NCBI GenBank assembly: GCA_904063045.1
Contig: CAJFCJ010000007.1
Span: 4,099,404-4,163,403, forward strand
Length of the DNA: 64,000 nucleotides
DNA from: Dimorphilus gyrociliatus
Taxonomy: Eukaryota > Animalia > Annelida
Direction of reading: 5' to 3'
Positions 49,432 to 60,264 of this stretch are shown here, in pieces (position 1 is the first letter of the stretch; the number at the start of each line of letters is the position of its first letter). Under the pieces are notes generated by a model. That model had not been told where the DNA came from. It made no database searches and saw only the letters and a program-made list of their open reading frames with translations. Position numbers and translations under genes: made by a program.

Positions 49432-50818
49432 TCAATAAGGAGCAAACCAATTATAACGACGAGATCTGTAAGGGTAACTTAAATTTAGCGGTGGCTCAGC
49501 GTTTATAAATTTCATTAATGTAAAGCGGGGAATTTAAAGCGCAGCTGAAAAAGTAATGGGAAATTTAGAGGTTGAAATTCATGTTTAGAAAACTTAAGTA
49601 TGATACAAGAAATTTTCATCAGAATTTATCGTAAATACAAACCGTTCAGGCTATTACTGTGATAAAACACTTATCCGTATGGCGACAAGAGAATTGAAAT
49701 TCGAAACTTTTCATGTCAAACAAACTATCTACTCTGACTTCATGTATACAACTAAAGCCTTACAATTTGATTCAAACATCGAACACGTTCAGTGATGCAG
49801 TCAAGCCATTTTGAAACAATTATCGTGTTTTATCACTGAAAAAAATTATACATCCTTAAGATGTTTCAAACTGACCTGCCTGCTCCTCTAAAAGGACGTC
49901 TTTGGGTGAATCCAAAGAACCCTCTGCCTCTTCCTCTAAACCTCATTCCTCGAGGAGGACGATTAGTTGTACACATTCCTGGTTTGTTCGTTCGCTTTGG
50001 GCCAACCTGTTTTCATGAACATTTTATTATGATAAATGTTGAACACCCAAATATAAGACTTACTTTTATTTGTCTGCCTCTGAATAACGAGTCATCTAGC
50101 GCTTGAGCCGTGTTAACTGCGTCTTTATCACCAAATTCGATGTAAGCAAAACTAAAATGTAAATTTTATTGAAATATATGAATTGTGAACTGTTGATTTC
50201 AGATCTTTTACCCTTTTGGATGGCCGGAAAATTTGTCGCACATTATTGTTACGCGTTGAATAGCCCCGCAACCATGAAAGTGGGCTTCTAGTTCTTCTGC
50301 TGTTGCTGCATAATCCACCTGTATAATTGTTATTTTTAGAATGATTATCTATTTGAGGTGAATTTTCAACGGAGAAATAAAGGCTTTGCTTCGTCGAAAA
50401 TTCTTTGCATTTTCGCTTTAAAAAAGAATGAACTTACATTTCCAACATATATTGATCTAGAGTCTGCCTCTATTTTATCTTCGGTGCTACTAGCTGTTGG
50501 ACTACCGATGCTCTGATTTGTCATGTTCATTTGTTTTTCCACTTCATTTTGCATTTCGGCAAGTTTCTTAGCTTCCTCTTCCATTTCCTTTACCCTAGCC
50601 TTTATAGTTTCCAAATCAGATTCCTCGGTCGTTCCATCTTCTTCATTGCCATCATTCGTTTCATTTTCTTCACCATTTTCTTCCTCGCCGAAGGTGTAAT
50701 CTACATCGTCTTCATTATCCAAGGTTTCGTTTTCATCTAACGTCAAGGACTCCTCTGGAACTTCATCTCCATCGTCATGTTCACCTAGTAAAGCTTCTTC
50801 GTTCTCAATTTCCGACAT
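49432..50818 (-). CDS. PABPN1: Nuclear poly(A)-binding protein 1
   Basis: Acidic N-terminus; [18 protein letters not shown]; RRM ([27 protein letters not shown]...GHPKGFAYIEF); RG-rich tail; terminal exon 49465-49432 encodes [11 protein letters not shown]-stop. Confidence 0.95.
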
Positions 50819-51167
50819 CCTTACAACGCTTCTTTGGAAAATGTCTGCTCTTGCAGTGTAAAATGGAGACAGGAAACTAACGCGACTGGTATATCCGCCG
50901 GATTGGTTAGGATTTCTCTGAATATTTTACTCATCATTCTTGGGTTCGGAATGCTGTGCCACTCTATGCAGGGCATTTCAAAACCATGATAAAAACTTGT
51001 AAACATTGGATTTTTTGTTAGTTAAAAAGATAAAACAGTTAATTTCTGAATGAAACTTCTAAGAATTGTATGTTTTATTTTATGCATCAAATCTTAAGCA
51101 AAGCAAAACTAGCCTAACTGCTGAATTCAATATACTTTGCGAAGCATTTAGCGGTAGCAAATCGTCG

Positions 51168-51191
51168 ACGCATGCGCAATTGACAGGAAGT
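51168..51191. promoter_or_regulatory. NRF1-like plus ETS-like motifs in the PABPN1/SNIP1 divergent promoter
   Basis: ACGCATGCGCA at 51168-51178; CAGGAAGT at about 51184-51191. Confidence 0.5.
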
Positions 51192-51281
51192 ACCATTTAT
51201 CGCCCAGTACTCAATTTTGCACGAAAAACGAGGGAAACGTTTCAGTCGTGACGGCGAATTTTATACAAATAAGAAATTAAA

Positions 51282-52119
51282 ATGTCTTCTAAGAGATCTT
51301 ACAGTAGAGATAGAAGAGATAGGAGAAGTGACGACAGGAGTGCCAAACGACGTGATATTAAGAGACAGCATAGCTCTGATTCAGAGAGTCCAAGAAGAGA
51401 TTCCTATGATAGAAAAAGACAGAGAGATAGATATGATAGAAGGGTGAGTTATTTTTCAGTTTTTACTAATTCTTCTTTCTAAAGTCATTAAACTAACTTA
51501 ACAGGATAGAAGAAACGATCGGCCCAAACACTCACAACACGCAAAGTCTTACTCAGATATGTTCGGTAAAAAAGAAAAAGTTGACGAAAAGAAAGAACCT
51601 GAGAAGCCTAAAGAGAAACCTAATTTTGGTTTATCGGGAAAATTGGCAGCAGAAACTAATACCTATAAAGGTGTAGTAATTAAGTATGCGGAGCCACCTG
51701 AAGCTATGAAGCCGAAGAAGAGATGGAGATTGTATCCTTTTAAAGAAGGAGAAGCCCTAAGCACACTGTATATTCATAGACAATCAGCATATTTAATAGG
51801 TAGAGATCGAAAAATTGCTGATATGCCAGTAGATCATCCTTCATGCTCAAAACAACACGCTGTTATTCAATATAGACTTATGCCGTTTACACGGGAAGAT
51901 GGATCAAAAGGAAAGCGTGTAGTACCTTATATAATTGATTTAGGATCAACGAATGGAACATATGTCAATGGAGAACGTATAGAAGCTCAGCGTTATGTAG
52001 AACTTATTGAAAAAGACCTTCTAAAATTTGGATTTTCATCCAGAGAATACATTCTGTTACATGAAAATAGTGGGAATGCTGGAGGTAGTCCTCGGGAAGA
52101 CAGCCCTAAATCAGCCTAA
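51282..52119 (+). CDS. SNIP1: Smad nuclear-interacting protein 1 (FHA domain; RES complex Pml1 orthologue)
   Basis: RS/RD-rich exon 1; EKPNFGLSGKLAAETN; KYAEPPEAMKPKKRWRLYPFK; DHPSCSKQHAVIQYR; IDLGSTNGTYVN; FGFSSREY. Confidence 0.95.
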
Positions 52120-53126
52120 TCTTGTAATAGAAATAATTGTTGAATTTTTCATAAGACTAAGTCCTTCTCTTTGATAGCATTAGAGCATATATTAAATTTT
52201 CCTATAAGTTTTTTTGTACATACCTTACGAATTACCCTTGTTGTCTAACGTAGTATATATTCTAAAGTTAAATATGAGATGGATTTTCTGTAACGTGTAA
52301 TTGCGCACTTTTTTCTATTATGGTATCAACAATACTGAACTATTTATAACGACAAAAAGAATACTTGAAGAAAATTCACTTAATAATTGTTAACTGTTTA
52401 TTTTTATCTTTTTCTTTTGTATGTTTCAACCAATGAAACATTAGAGTTTTCAATACATGTATATATAAATATATACATAACAAAAACGTCGAAGAAAAAT
52501 ACATTTTATTACTTATGCACCAGTGTAAATCAATATTTAACATTCATTTGTGTTATAAGATCTAATAGATTGTTAATTTATACTTTCCCTTATTTTCTTA
52601 CAAAATGTGTTTAATGTACTGGAGAGTAAAAAGGACTGTTTTTTCTTTAGAGAAAATTTGCAATGACTACTTATTAAGTACATTATCTAAATGAAAATGT
52701 AATTTAAAAAAAAAGACAGTATGACGTATTGTCTCTATACTCGTTTTCAATTTTAGTTACAAAGGATCTATAGGTATACTATATGTAAACAAAGACTACG
52801 AGATTGAAGATTAATTATCTATAATTCTTTAGCTTGCCTATCATTTTCATCTTCTATTTTATTCATAATAATCATATAAAAATAGAATATGGGTGACAAG
52901 TACATACTCTAATAATGTTTTTCTTGAAACATCATCTAAATATACATATCTTGTGCAGTCTATATATATCTAACTATTTATAGATTAATTACATATATGG
53001 ACAGTCTCTTTTTATTTTATTTAAAAAATTAATTATCAAGATCTTATTTAAATTTAAATTATTCTTCATTTTAAAACGAAAATCATAGGTATATCTAACT
53101 CTGAAGGAGATAGTATATTCTAAGAT

Positions 53127-53653
53127 ATGAGTAAAAGAAGAGTATTAATTGCTATCGATGGAAGCGAGGATTCTAGAAGAGCTTTTAATTTTTACCTTGA
53201 TCAAATACATAATGATGGTAATACCGCATTACTAATTCATATATCAGAAACACCCAATTTGCCAGTGTTTACATTTAAAACTGGTCTAAAACTACCTGTT
53301 GAAGAATGGACAAAAATACTAACAGATAAAGTCAGAAAGGCTCAGTCAATAGAGAAAGATTATGAAGCTATTCTGGTCCAAAAGAAGATAAAGTATAAAA
53401 TTCTAAGCGGAGAGACATTCGCATCACCAGGAGAAGGAATTGTTCGTCTTGCGGAGAAAGAAGGCAAGAAATTAATTTAATATGGTTTTCTATACAATGT
53501 TCACAATTTAATATATTATTACTTCCAACAGATGTCAGTTTGATTGTTTTGGGTAGACGTGGATTGGGAAATTGGGCAAAAAAACTTGTGGGTTCAGTGT
53601 CTGAGTTTGTAATGAGAAATTCACCTTGCGATACTCTTATTATACCTCGTTAA
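53127..53653 (+). CDS. Universal stress protein (UspA) domain protein
   Basis: RRVLIAIDGSEDSRRAF; PGEGIVRLAEKE|DVSLIVLGRRGLG...LVGSVSEFVMRNSPCDTLII; one GC-AG intron 53464-53531. Confidence 0.9.
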
Positions 53654-53981
53654 TTGTCAATATATATTACACAATAATGTATTATTGTATAGTAAGTGTA
53701 TTAATTAGAATAATAAAATAAAAATTTTTAAAGTTCTCCTAAATGATTTCGTTAGTTCTTTCCTTTTCGACAGCGAAAAGTTCAATCGCAGATTTCACTT
53801 CGAATAGTTCGTAAGTGTGGATGTGAGCTTTTAGCTCTTATGCTACTTCGATATTCATGTAACAACTGTATCCATCTATTACTGACTAGTTAGTTAAGCA
53901 AATCTACAATTTATTTATAAGTCAGGAAAGGCTTACTATTTGTTTATTTGGTAAAATTAAACAAGTGCATGATATCATTAT

Positions 53982-55047
53982 TTATGTAACAACTGCATCT
54001 TTAGATTCTTTTATTAAATTCTCTGGTACAGTCCATAACTGAAGACTACGATCATAAAAAGAGCAAGAGGCTACTACATTGTAATTTATATCAATACCAT
54101 AAACCATCGATTCGTGATGTTTATAGGAACAAAGAATTTCGGCTAAAAATAAAATGGAATTAAAGGATTAAAACTACTTTATATACTGTAAAAAAATTAA
54201 CATACGTTTTGCTGCATATTTTAATATTTTACAACCACCATGCATTGCTGCAGTAGACAGTATACTTGGAAATTCTTCGTGCCAGTTTAATCGCCATACA
54301 CCTCCACCTACGTTAATCTCATTTAGAATTTTCTTTACCCTTTTATCCCAGAAGTATATAACTTCATTATAACTTCCGAAAGCTACCAAGTTTTCTATTG
54401 ATTTATGTGAAGCTACACTACATATTCCCATATCAAAAGTTTTACTGAAACACTGTGTCATACTCCTTTTATCCCACATTTTAAATTTGCAATCATCTCC
54501 CCCACTATAGAATATATTTGCATCTTTAATGTCTGAATGAATAGTCCATGCTTCGTAATCGCATCCTTTGACTTGTGAGCTTGAAGTAAAGGTTTTCGCA
54601 TCAATTAGGTATAAATAACCTTTTGAATCACTTAAATAGTAGGTCTCTGGTGAGTTGTCAATACTCAAACATAGGCCGTCACTTAATTGTAAGTTTTTTG
54701 AAGTATCATTAATAATGTCAACCATTTCGCATTTTCCTGTGCCAGTTGCCATTATCACACATTTGTCTGAAATCCATTTTAAATCCAATGCACCCTTTTC
54801 AATATTAAATGAATTTTCTATAGAAGGCTCTTCTTTTAAATTATAAATTGTTAATTGACCTGCTTTAGTTTGTGCTTCGGCCTGCAATCAACGCAATGTT
54901 TAAGATTTTGTTTAGTAAGTTTTCAAATTTTATTTTTACATCAAGTTCATAACTCCCAACAGCTAAATAATTCTTATCAGAAGGTTTATATTGCAAACTA
55001 TCGGGGGTAAACTTAGTGTTTAGTACTTTACCCTGATTTATCTCCAT
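53982..55047 (-). CDS. DPH7: Diphthine methyltransferase / WD-repeat protein 85
   Basis: LAVGSYEL; GALDLKW; YEAWT; FYSGGDDCKFKMWD; GSYNEVIYFWD; GGGVWRLNWH; AAMHGG; last exon HESMVYGID...ASCSFYDRSLQLW. Confidence 0.88.
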
Positions 55048-55181
55048 CAGATGCTTAGTCCCTTTTAAAATAGATTACCTTAACAAAACATTCAAAGAAA
55101 ACGTGAACACTAAAGGTCAAGGCCAAATCTCTACACCCCGTTTTTAAATTCGACTTGCGCAAAACATTGACAGCTTTTATA

Positions 55182-55189
55182 GCACGTGC
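55182..55189. promoter_or_regulatory. Canonical E-box just upstream of the NAF1 ATG
   Basis: GCACGTGC in the 148-bp DPH7/NAF1 divergent spacer. Confidence 0.4.
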
Positions 55190-55195
55190 AGTGAA

Positions 55196-56179
55196 ATGGC
55201 AAACAAACCAGAAGGTTTGAAAAATAATGCAAGCGACGAAGCTGAGTTTCTCTTCGATTCTAGCGACTCTTGTTCTCCCGAGGTATCGTCTGATGAAGGA
55301 TTACCACCTATTCCAACCGCTAAACTTCCAAAACCCACAAAAGTAACAGCCAAACCGAATTTGAATTTGGTACCGTACGATGAAAGCGATAGTTCTAGTG
55401 ACGATGAGAGCAATGACGAAAACGAAATCACACATTCTAAACTTGATAAGCTTATGTCAGAAGAACTTGACTCTGATGGGCCTCCAACTACAGCAGGAGA
55501 ATTAACCTTAGCTGATTTACCCGCCATTGAAGAATTACAGATAACTGAAGCACCCGAAAATATGAAAGTTCTTGGAAAAATTTCCTCCATTGTAGATGTT
55601 CTTGTTGTTGTATGCGCTGAGAAAAACTCACCTGCTTTAGATATGGAGACCGTTCTCTTTTTAGATAAAGACCGTCCTCTTGGTAGCATATTTGAAACTT
55701 TTGGGCCGGTAATGCAACCATTTTATCTGATACGATTTAATACAAATGAAGAAGTTATTGAAAAAAATATAAAAGTCAACGATACTATATATTACGCGCC
55801 TAAAGATGAATCTTTTACAAAATATGTCTTTGTCAATGACTTAATGAAACAGAAGGGGTCTGATGCATCTTGGAAAGATAATAATGAACCACCTGTTGAA
55901 GCTCTTGAATTCTCCGATGATGAACAAGAAGCAAAGGCAAAACATGGACACAAAACGGAGTCAAAGTTGAAGAAAAAGACTAAAAAGCGAGAAGTAAAAA
56001 GAAAGGAAAAGCCAATACCGAAAGAAGCTAGTCCAAAAAAACCCTGGTGGGAGAATATAGAGACTCCTAAAGAAGATTCTGGTCCTTTACCAGCTTGCCC
56101 TCCCATTCCTTCAACCTCTCAAACAAGTGAAACAGTTTCTCTACCAGTTATAATTGATGAACGCTTTGTACAGCAGTAA
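55196..56179 (+). CDS. NAF1: H/ACA RNP assembly factor NAF1, intronless
   Basis: Gar1/Naf1 domain: LGKISSIVDVLVVV; LGSIFETFGPVMQPFYLIRF; KGSDASWKDNNEPP; EFSDDEQE. Confidence 0.92.
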   Translation: MANKPEGLKNNASDEAEFLFDSSDSCSPEVSSDEGLPPIPTAKLPKPTKVTAKPNLNLVPYDESDSSSDDESNDENEITHSKLDKLMSEELDSDGPPTTAGELTLADLPAIEELQITEAPENMKVLGKISSIVDVLVVVCAEKNSPALDMETVLFLDKDRPLGSIFETFGPVMQPFYLIRFNTNEEVIEKNIKVNDTIYYAPKDESFTKYVFVNDLMKQKGSDASWKDNNEPPVEALEFSDDEQEAKAKHGHKTESKLKKKTKKREVKRKEKPIPKEASPKKPWWENIETPKEDSGPLPACPPIPSTSQTSETVSLPVIIDERFVQQ

Positions 56180-56191
56180 AATATTTTGTAT

Positions 56192-57706
56192 TTAATAATT
56201 TAGTGATAAGTGGTTAGCCTTTTGCATTATATTAGAAATAGACGAGCGGACAGACTCATCTTCAGAAGTAATACATTCATAAATTGATAATTCAATGTCC
56301 ACTGCTTCTCTAAAAACAACGTTAGACAGCGGCCAGTTTAAAGTCAATAATTCTCTCTCCAATCGGATTTGGTTCGACATAACGTCGACGTCTATATTTA
56401 CTCTTGCTGAGGAATCGTCAGGAAGTGGCTTTAATTTTGAGTGAATAGCATATAATTCGTGTCGTCTATCTGGTACTTCATCGTTAAATACTTCTGTAAC
56501 GGGAGGAGACCTTGTTTTGGAACCAATATCTACATTGGGGCCAAAAGTAAAAGGTTTAAATACAGATAACAAAGGATTCGGTGTGGCTGTAAAGTAATGA
56601 GTACACTCTAGCTGGCCCTGGTCATTTCTTTTCAATACTGATACTTGACTTGCAGTTGTAACTGAAGCTGAAGCACCTATGCGACAAATTCCATATTTTT
56701 TATCTCGTAAAATCTTCATCATTAAAGAAGCATTAAAATTTCCTCCGGCAGAATATGTTTCTAACAACTTTTTTCCACCATTGTATCTTTCTTTGGGCAT
56801 TTCTGCAGGGCTTATTTTCATCGCTTGAAATATAACTTTTTTAAAGTAACACTCTGATAAATGACGGATAGCTAACCTGACGGAGGTGTTAAATTGTAGC
56901 ACTCTGCAAAATTAAATGGGGTATTTGGCTTCCACCAGCCATATTTCAAAGCCTCATCTTTCAAATTTTCGGAGTGTGAGTAAATATCCACTGTTATGGT
57001 TAAGAGATTAGATATATTTCTTGTTCCACTTTTAACTTGAAAAGTTGCCCAATGTTTCCCGCTCGTCTCAAGAATAAAGGCTTCTTTTGGATCGGCAATT
57101 AGAAAACTGTTGAAATAAGTGAGTGATCGTCTAGAAGGGTCTTCAAAGCAAGGACCACCTTGACCATATTTATCCAGAAGGTCAATAATGACTTGTAAAG
57201 CTTGTTCCGCTGTCTTAGATCGTTCCAAACCGAGTCTATCAAATAAGAATACAAACATAGAATCAAAAAAGCAAAGACATAGATATGAAGTATACCGTAC
57301 TAAATCCATACCAAGGAGGCGTTTCTTTAAATCATTTTCAGCATGAAAATGTTTTGTGAATATTGCCTCATTTCCAATACAAACACCAAACTCGTTTGCG
57401 CCCATTTCCGCCCCCCACATCCAAGCAGGTTTGCTTAGAATAACAGAAAAGGTATGAGAGATTTGCTCTATACTTATATATGTGCATGATAGTTTAGCGC
57501 CTTCATCGTGATCTGCAGACGGAACATATATTACTTCTTGAACTTCAGAAGAAGGTCTATCCGAATTCTTGCCAAAAATAACGCATCCATTTTCAGTATT
57601 GGGTGGTAAGGCTACAAACGTGTCACAAGAAAACCTGAAAGAATTTACTTGCATAAAACAAAGTGTTAAATGAGTAATAATATATAACGTACGGAAAATT
57701 GTCCAT
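56192..57706 (-). CDS. SCRN: Secernin (Ntn-hydrolase, peptidase C69 family)
   Basis: MDNFP|FSCDTFVALPP; IFGKNSDRP; SKPAWMWGAEMGANEFGVCIGNEA; LLGMDLVRLGLER; NSFLIAD; TTASQVSVL; SVFKPF; three introns. Paralogue (SCRN1/2/3) not resolvable. Confidence 0.92.
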
Positions 57707-57753
57707 TTTAAAAATCCTATTTTGTTCCTTAATGCTAAGGTCAGATGACTGGA

Positions 57754-57893
57754 ACGCCATCTACTTGATAATTTTAATTAGTTTAAAATTAGATTCCTTC
57801 GAAAAGATCAGATTAAAAATTAACAGAGTGATTTGAGGAATTCATACGTGAAAATTCGGATTATTTTTTTTAACGATCAGCGCCATCTGGAGG
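57754..57893 (-). promoter_or_regulatory. Two co-oriented CTCF-like motifs in the secernin/CDC37 divergent promoter
   Basis: Minus strand CAAGTAGATGGCGT (57767-57754, 12/14) and CCTCCAGATGGCGC (57893-57880, 13/14) against CCASYAGRKGGCRS. Confidence 0.55.
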
Positions 57894-58011
57894 ATATCGA
57901 AACTTCTGGAAATCGCGCTATACTATTAATCTCTGTCTTATTACATTTTACGGCTGAACGTGAAAGTTTGAAATTATTTTGTTAAGTAGGCCACCCCCTT
58001 TAAATTAGAGA

Positions 58012-59403
58012 ATGTCTAGATTAGATTACAGTAAATGGGATCATATTGAGGTAACTTTCTTTTACACATTTCTTTCAAAATAAAGAAAATTTCCTACTTT
58101 AGATCTCTGATGATGAGGATGACACTCATCCAAACATTGATACTCCATCACTGTTTCGATGGAGGCATCAAGCAAGATTGGAGAGAATGGAGCAAGCCGA
58201 GAAAGAAAAACAGAGTCTCCAATCAACTGTGCAAAGGTAGGAAATTTACATTTTACCTGAGTAGCAAAAATAAAACAAAATTGCTATAGCCATCAACAAA
58301 AAATGGCCGAGATTAAGCAAAAGATAAAAGAAGCTGAAGAAAAAAACTTATCTGATGAGTTGGAAAAGCTAAAGACAAGTGAAGCTGAACTGTTAAAACA
58401 AGACCAAGAATTTGCAAAAAAAGAGGAAGAATTGAAAAAGAAAGAAAGACTCACACCCTGGAATGTTGATACAATCTGTCACGATGGGAAGTCAAAAACA
58501 GTAAGAAAGTCGTATTAACCCTTGATTAAAATATAACCTACGTATTCTAGATTATCAATAAAGATATAAAACCGTCTGACGAAGAATTAAGTGACGAGCA
58601 GCGCGCAGATCGCCAAAAAGAACATGAGGCGAAATATAAATCTCACATAAGAAAATTCGGCATGATGAGACGATACGAAGACTCTGAGAAATACCTTAAG
58701 GAAAATATTGATTTAGTTTGCGAAGAAACAGCAAATTACTTAGTGCTATGGTGCATTGATCTTGAATGCCAAGAGGTAGCTTATAATTTAATTAAATTAT
58801 TGTGTAGCAAAGTTTTACTCCTTATAGAAAAAAGAGCTAATGAAACACGTGTCTCATCAAACAATTGTAATGCAATTTATTTTGGAATTGGCGAAACAGT
58901 TAAAGGTTGATCCGAAATCCTGTGTTAACGCCTTTTTCTCCAGGTATAATAAGAATATTTCATTGTGTATTATCTGATAACCTATTCCTTTCAGAATAAG
59001 ACTGGCTGAGAAACAGTATATGGATGCATTTAATGACGAATTAGAATCATTTAGATCACGTGTCAAAGAACGAGCGAGAATTCGAATTGAAGAAGCAATG
59101 AAAGAGGTTGAAGAAGAAGAACGACAAAAGAGACTTGGGCCAGGAGGTCTCGATCCAGTTGAAGTGTTTGAAACCCTTCCAAAAAGCTTACAAGAATGCT
59201 TTGAGCAAAAAGATATACCTCTACTTAAAAAGGTTATATCAGAAATGGATCCCAAAGAAGCTGAAGAGCATATGAAACGTTGTGTTGATTCCGGCTTATG
59301 GGTACCTGGTGGAAACGATGAACCAGATCAAGAAATCGAGCCAGACGGTGAAGCCATAGCCGAGCCAGAAGAAAACGATTATGAAGAGCCAACGAAAGCT
59401 TAA
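58012..59403 (+). CDS. CDC37: Hsp90 co-chaperone Cdc37
   Basis: [13 protein letters not shown]|[25 protein letters not shown]; TPWNVDT; [17 protein letters not shown]; [17 protein letters not shown]; [10 protein letters not shown]. Confidence 0.97.
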
Positions 59404-60264
59404 ATTTTATACAATTCAATATTATCTTTTCCATTTCGATCAGTTAGAAAAACTACTTAACGCCTTAAAGAAAACAAAAGAACCATAAAAATATCGTTTT
59501 GTAAACGTTCAATTTTTATCGTTTTATTATTGAATTAACTTAAAAAAGGTATCAATGTTATTCGTCATTTGCACTAAACATAAATGTGAATTTTTGACAA
59601 AAAAAAAAAAGCTATTAATGTTAAAAAAACTACTTACTTCGTTAATTAAAAAACAGATTGTTTAAAATATGCTATTTTTTAAAATTTAAATACTAAACTG
59701 TATAAATCTTATGTTAATATTAGCAATTCTAAATAGTATACGTATATACATCACGGTTACTTAACGGGATGATAAGGGTGAGAAAATTGTGTATGGCGGA
59801 GGAGGATATTGAGTTTTTTAACTACTTCTATATCATGTATTAAAACCACTGCCATATATAAAAAATAATCAAACAACTGTTTTAAAATGATAGCAAAAAA
59901 TCACATTGTTTGGATAGAAACAAGCACAGTTTCTGCATCACACAAATTTTTTCTGTTTTTTTTAGTTCTCCAAAAAAAACCTATTTCTTTCACTGCAATT
60001 TTCTCTCCGTGAATTTAGGGGAAAAAATATTTAACAAACATAATTTTTGCAAAAACAAGAAAAAACTCAATGTAACAACAGTTAAATATGTATAGGAAAA
60101 TACATCTCGTAACTATTTGAAGCGGAAAAGGTTATAAAACTAAATACATACCTAAAAAATATTTTTCGCCCTCTCTCCACTATGAAATCATTTATATTCA
60201 CAACAAACTTAGTTACAGATGTGATGTTAATGAAATGAAAGAATTTTCAACCTGTGTACCACAT

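Noticed and set aside
49659-49840. Box C/D snoRNA reading of the PABPN1 intron stem
   Set aside because: C-like (GTGATAA) and D (CTGA) boxes occur only antisense to the host gene; no rRNA-complementary guide recognised
50821-51006. 61-codon ORF ending 2 nt before the PABPN1 ATG (possible uORF)
   Set aside because: A CCAAT box and GC element at about 50895-50905 suggest the TSS lies downstream of its ATGs; needs CAGE to revisit
51217-51447. 76-aa ORF overlapping SNIP1 exon 1
   Set aside because: TTG start; alternative frame of a purine-rich RS region
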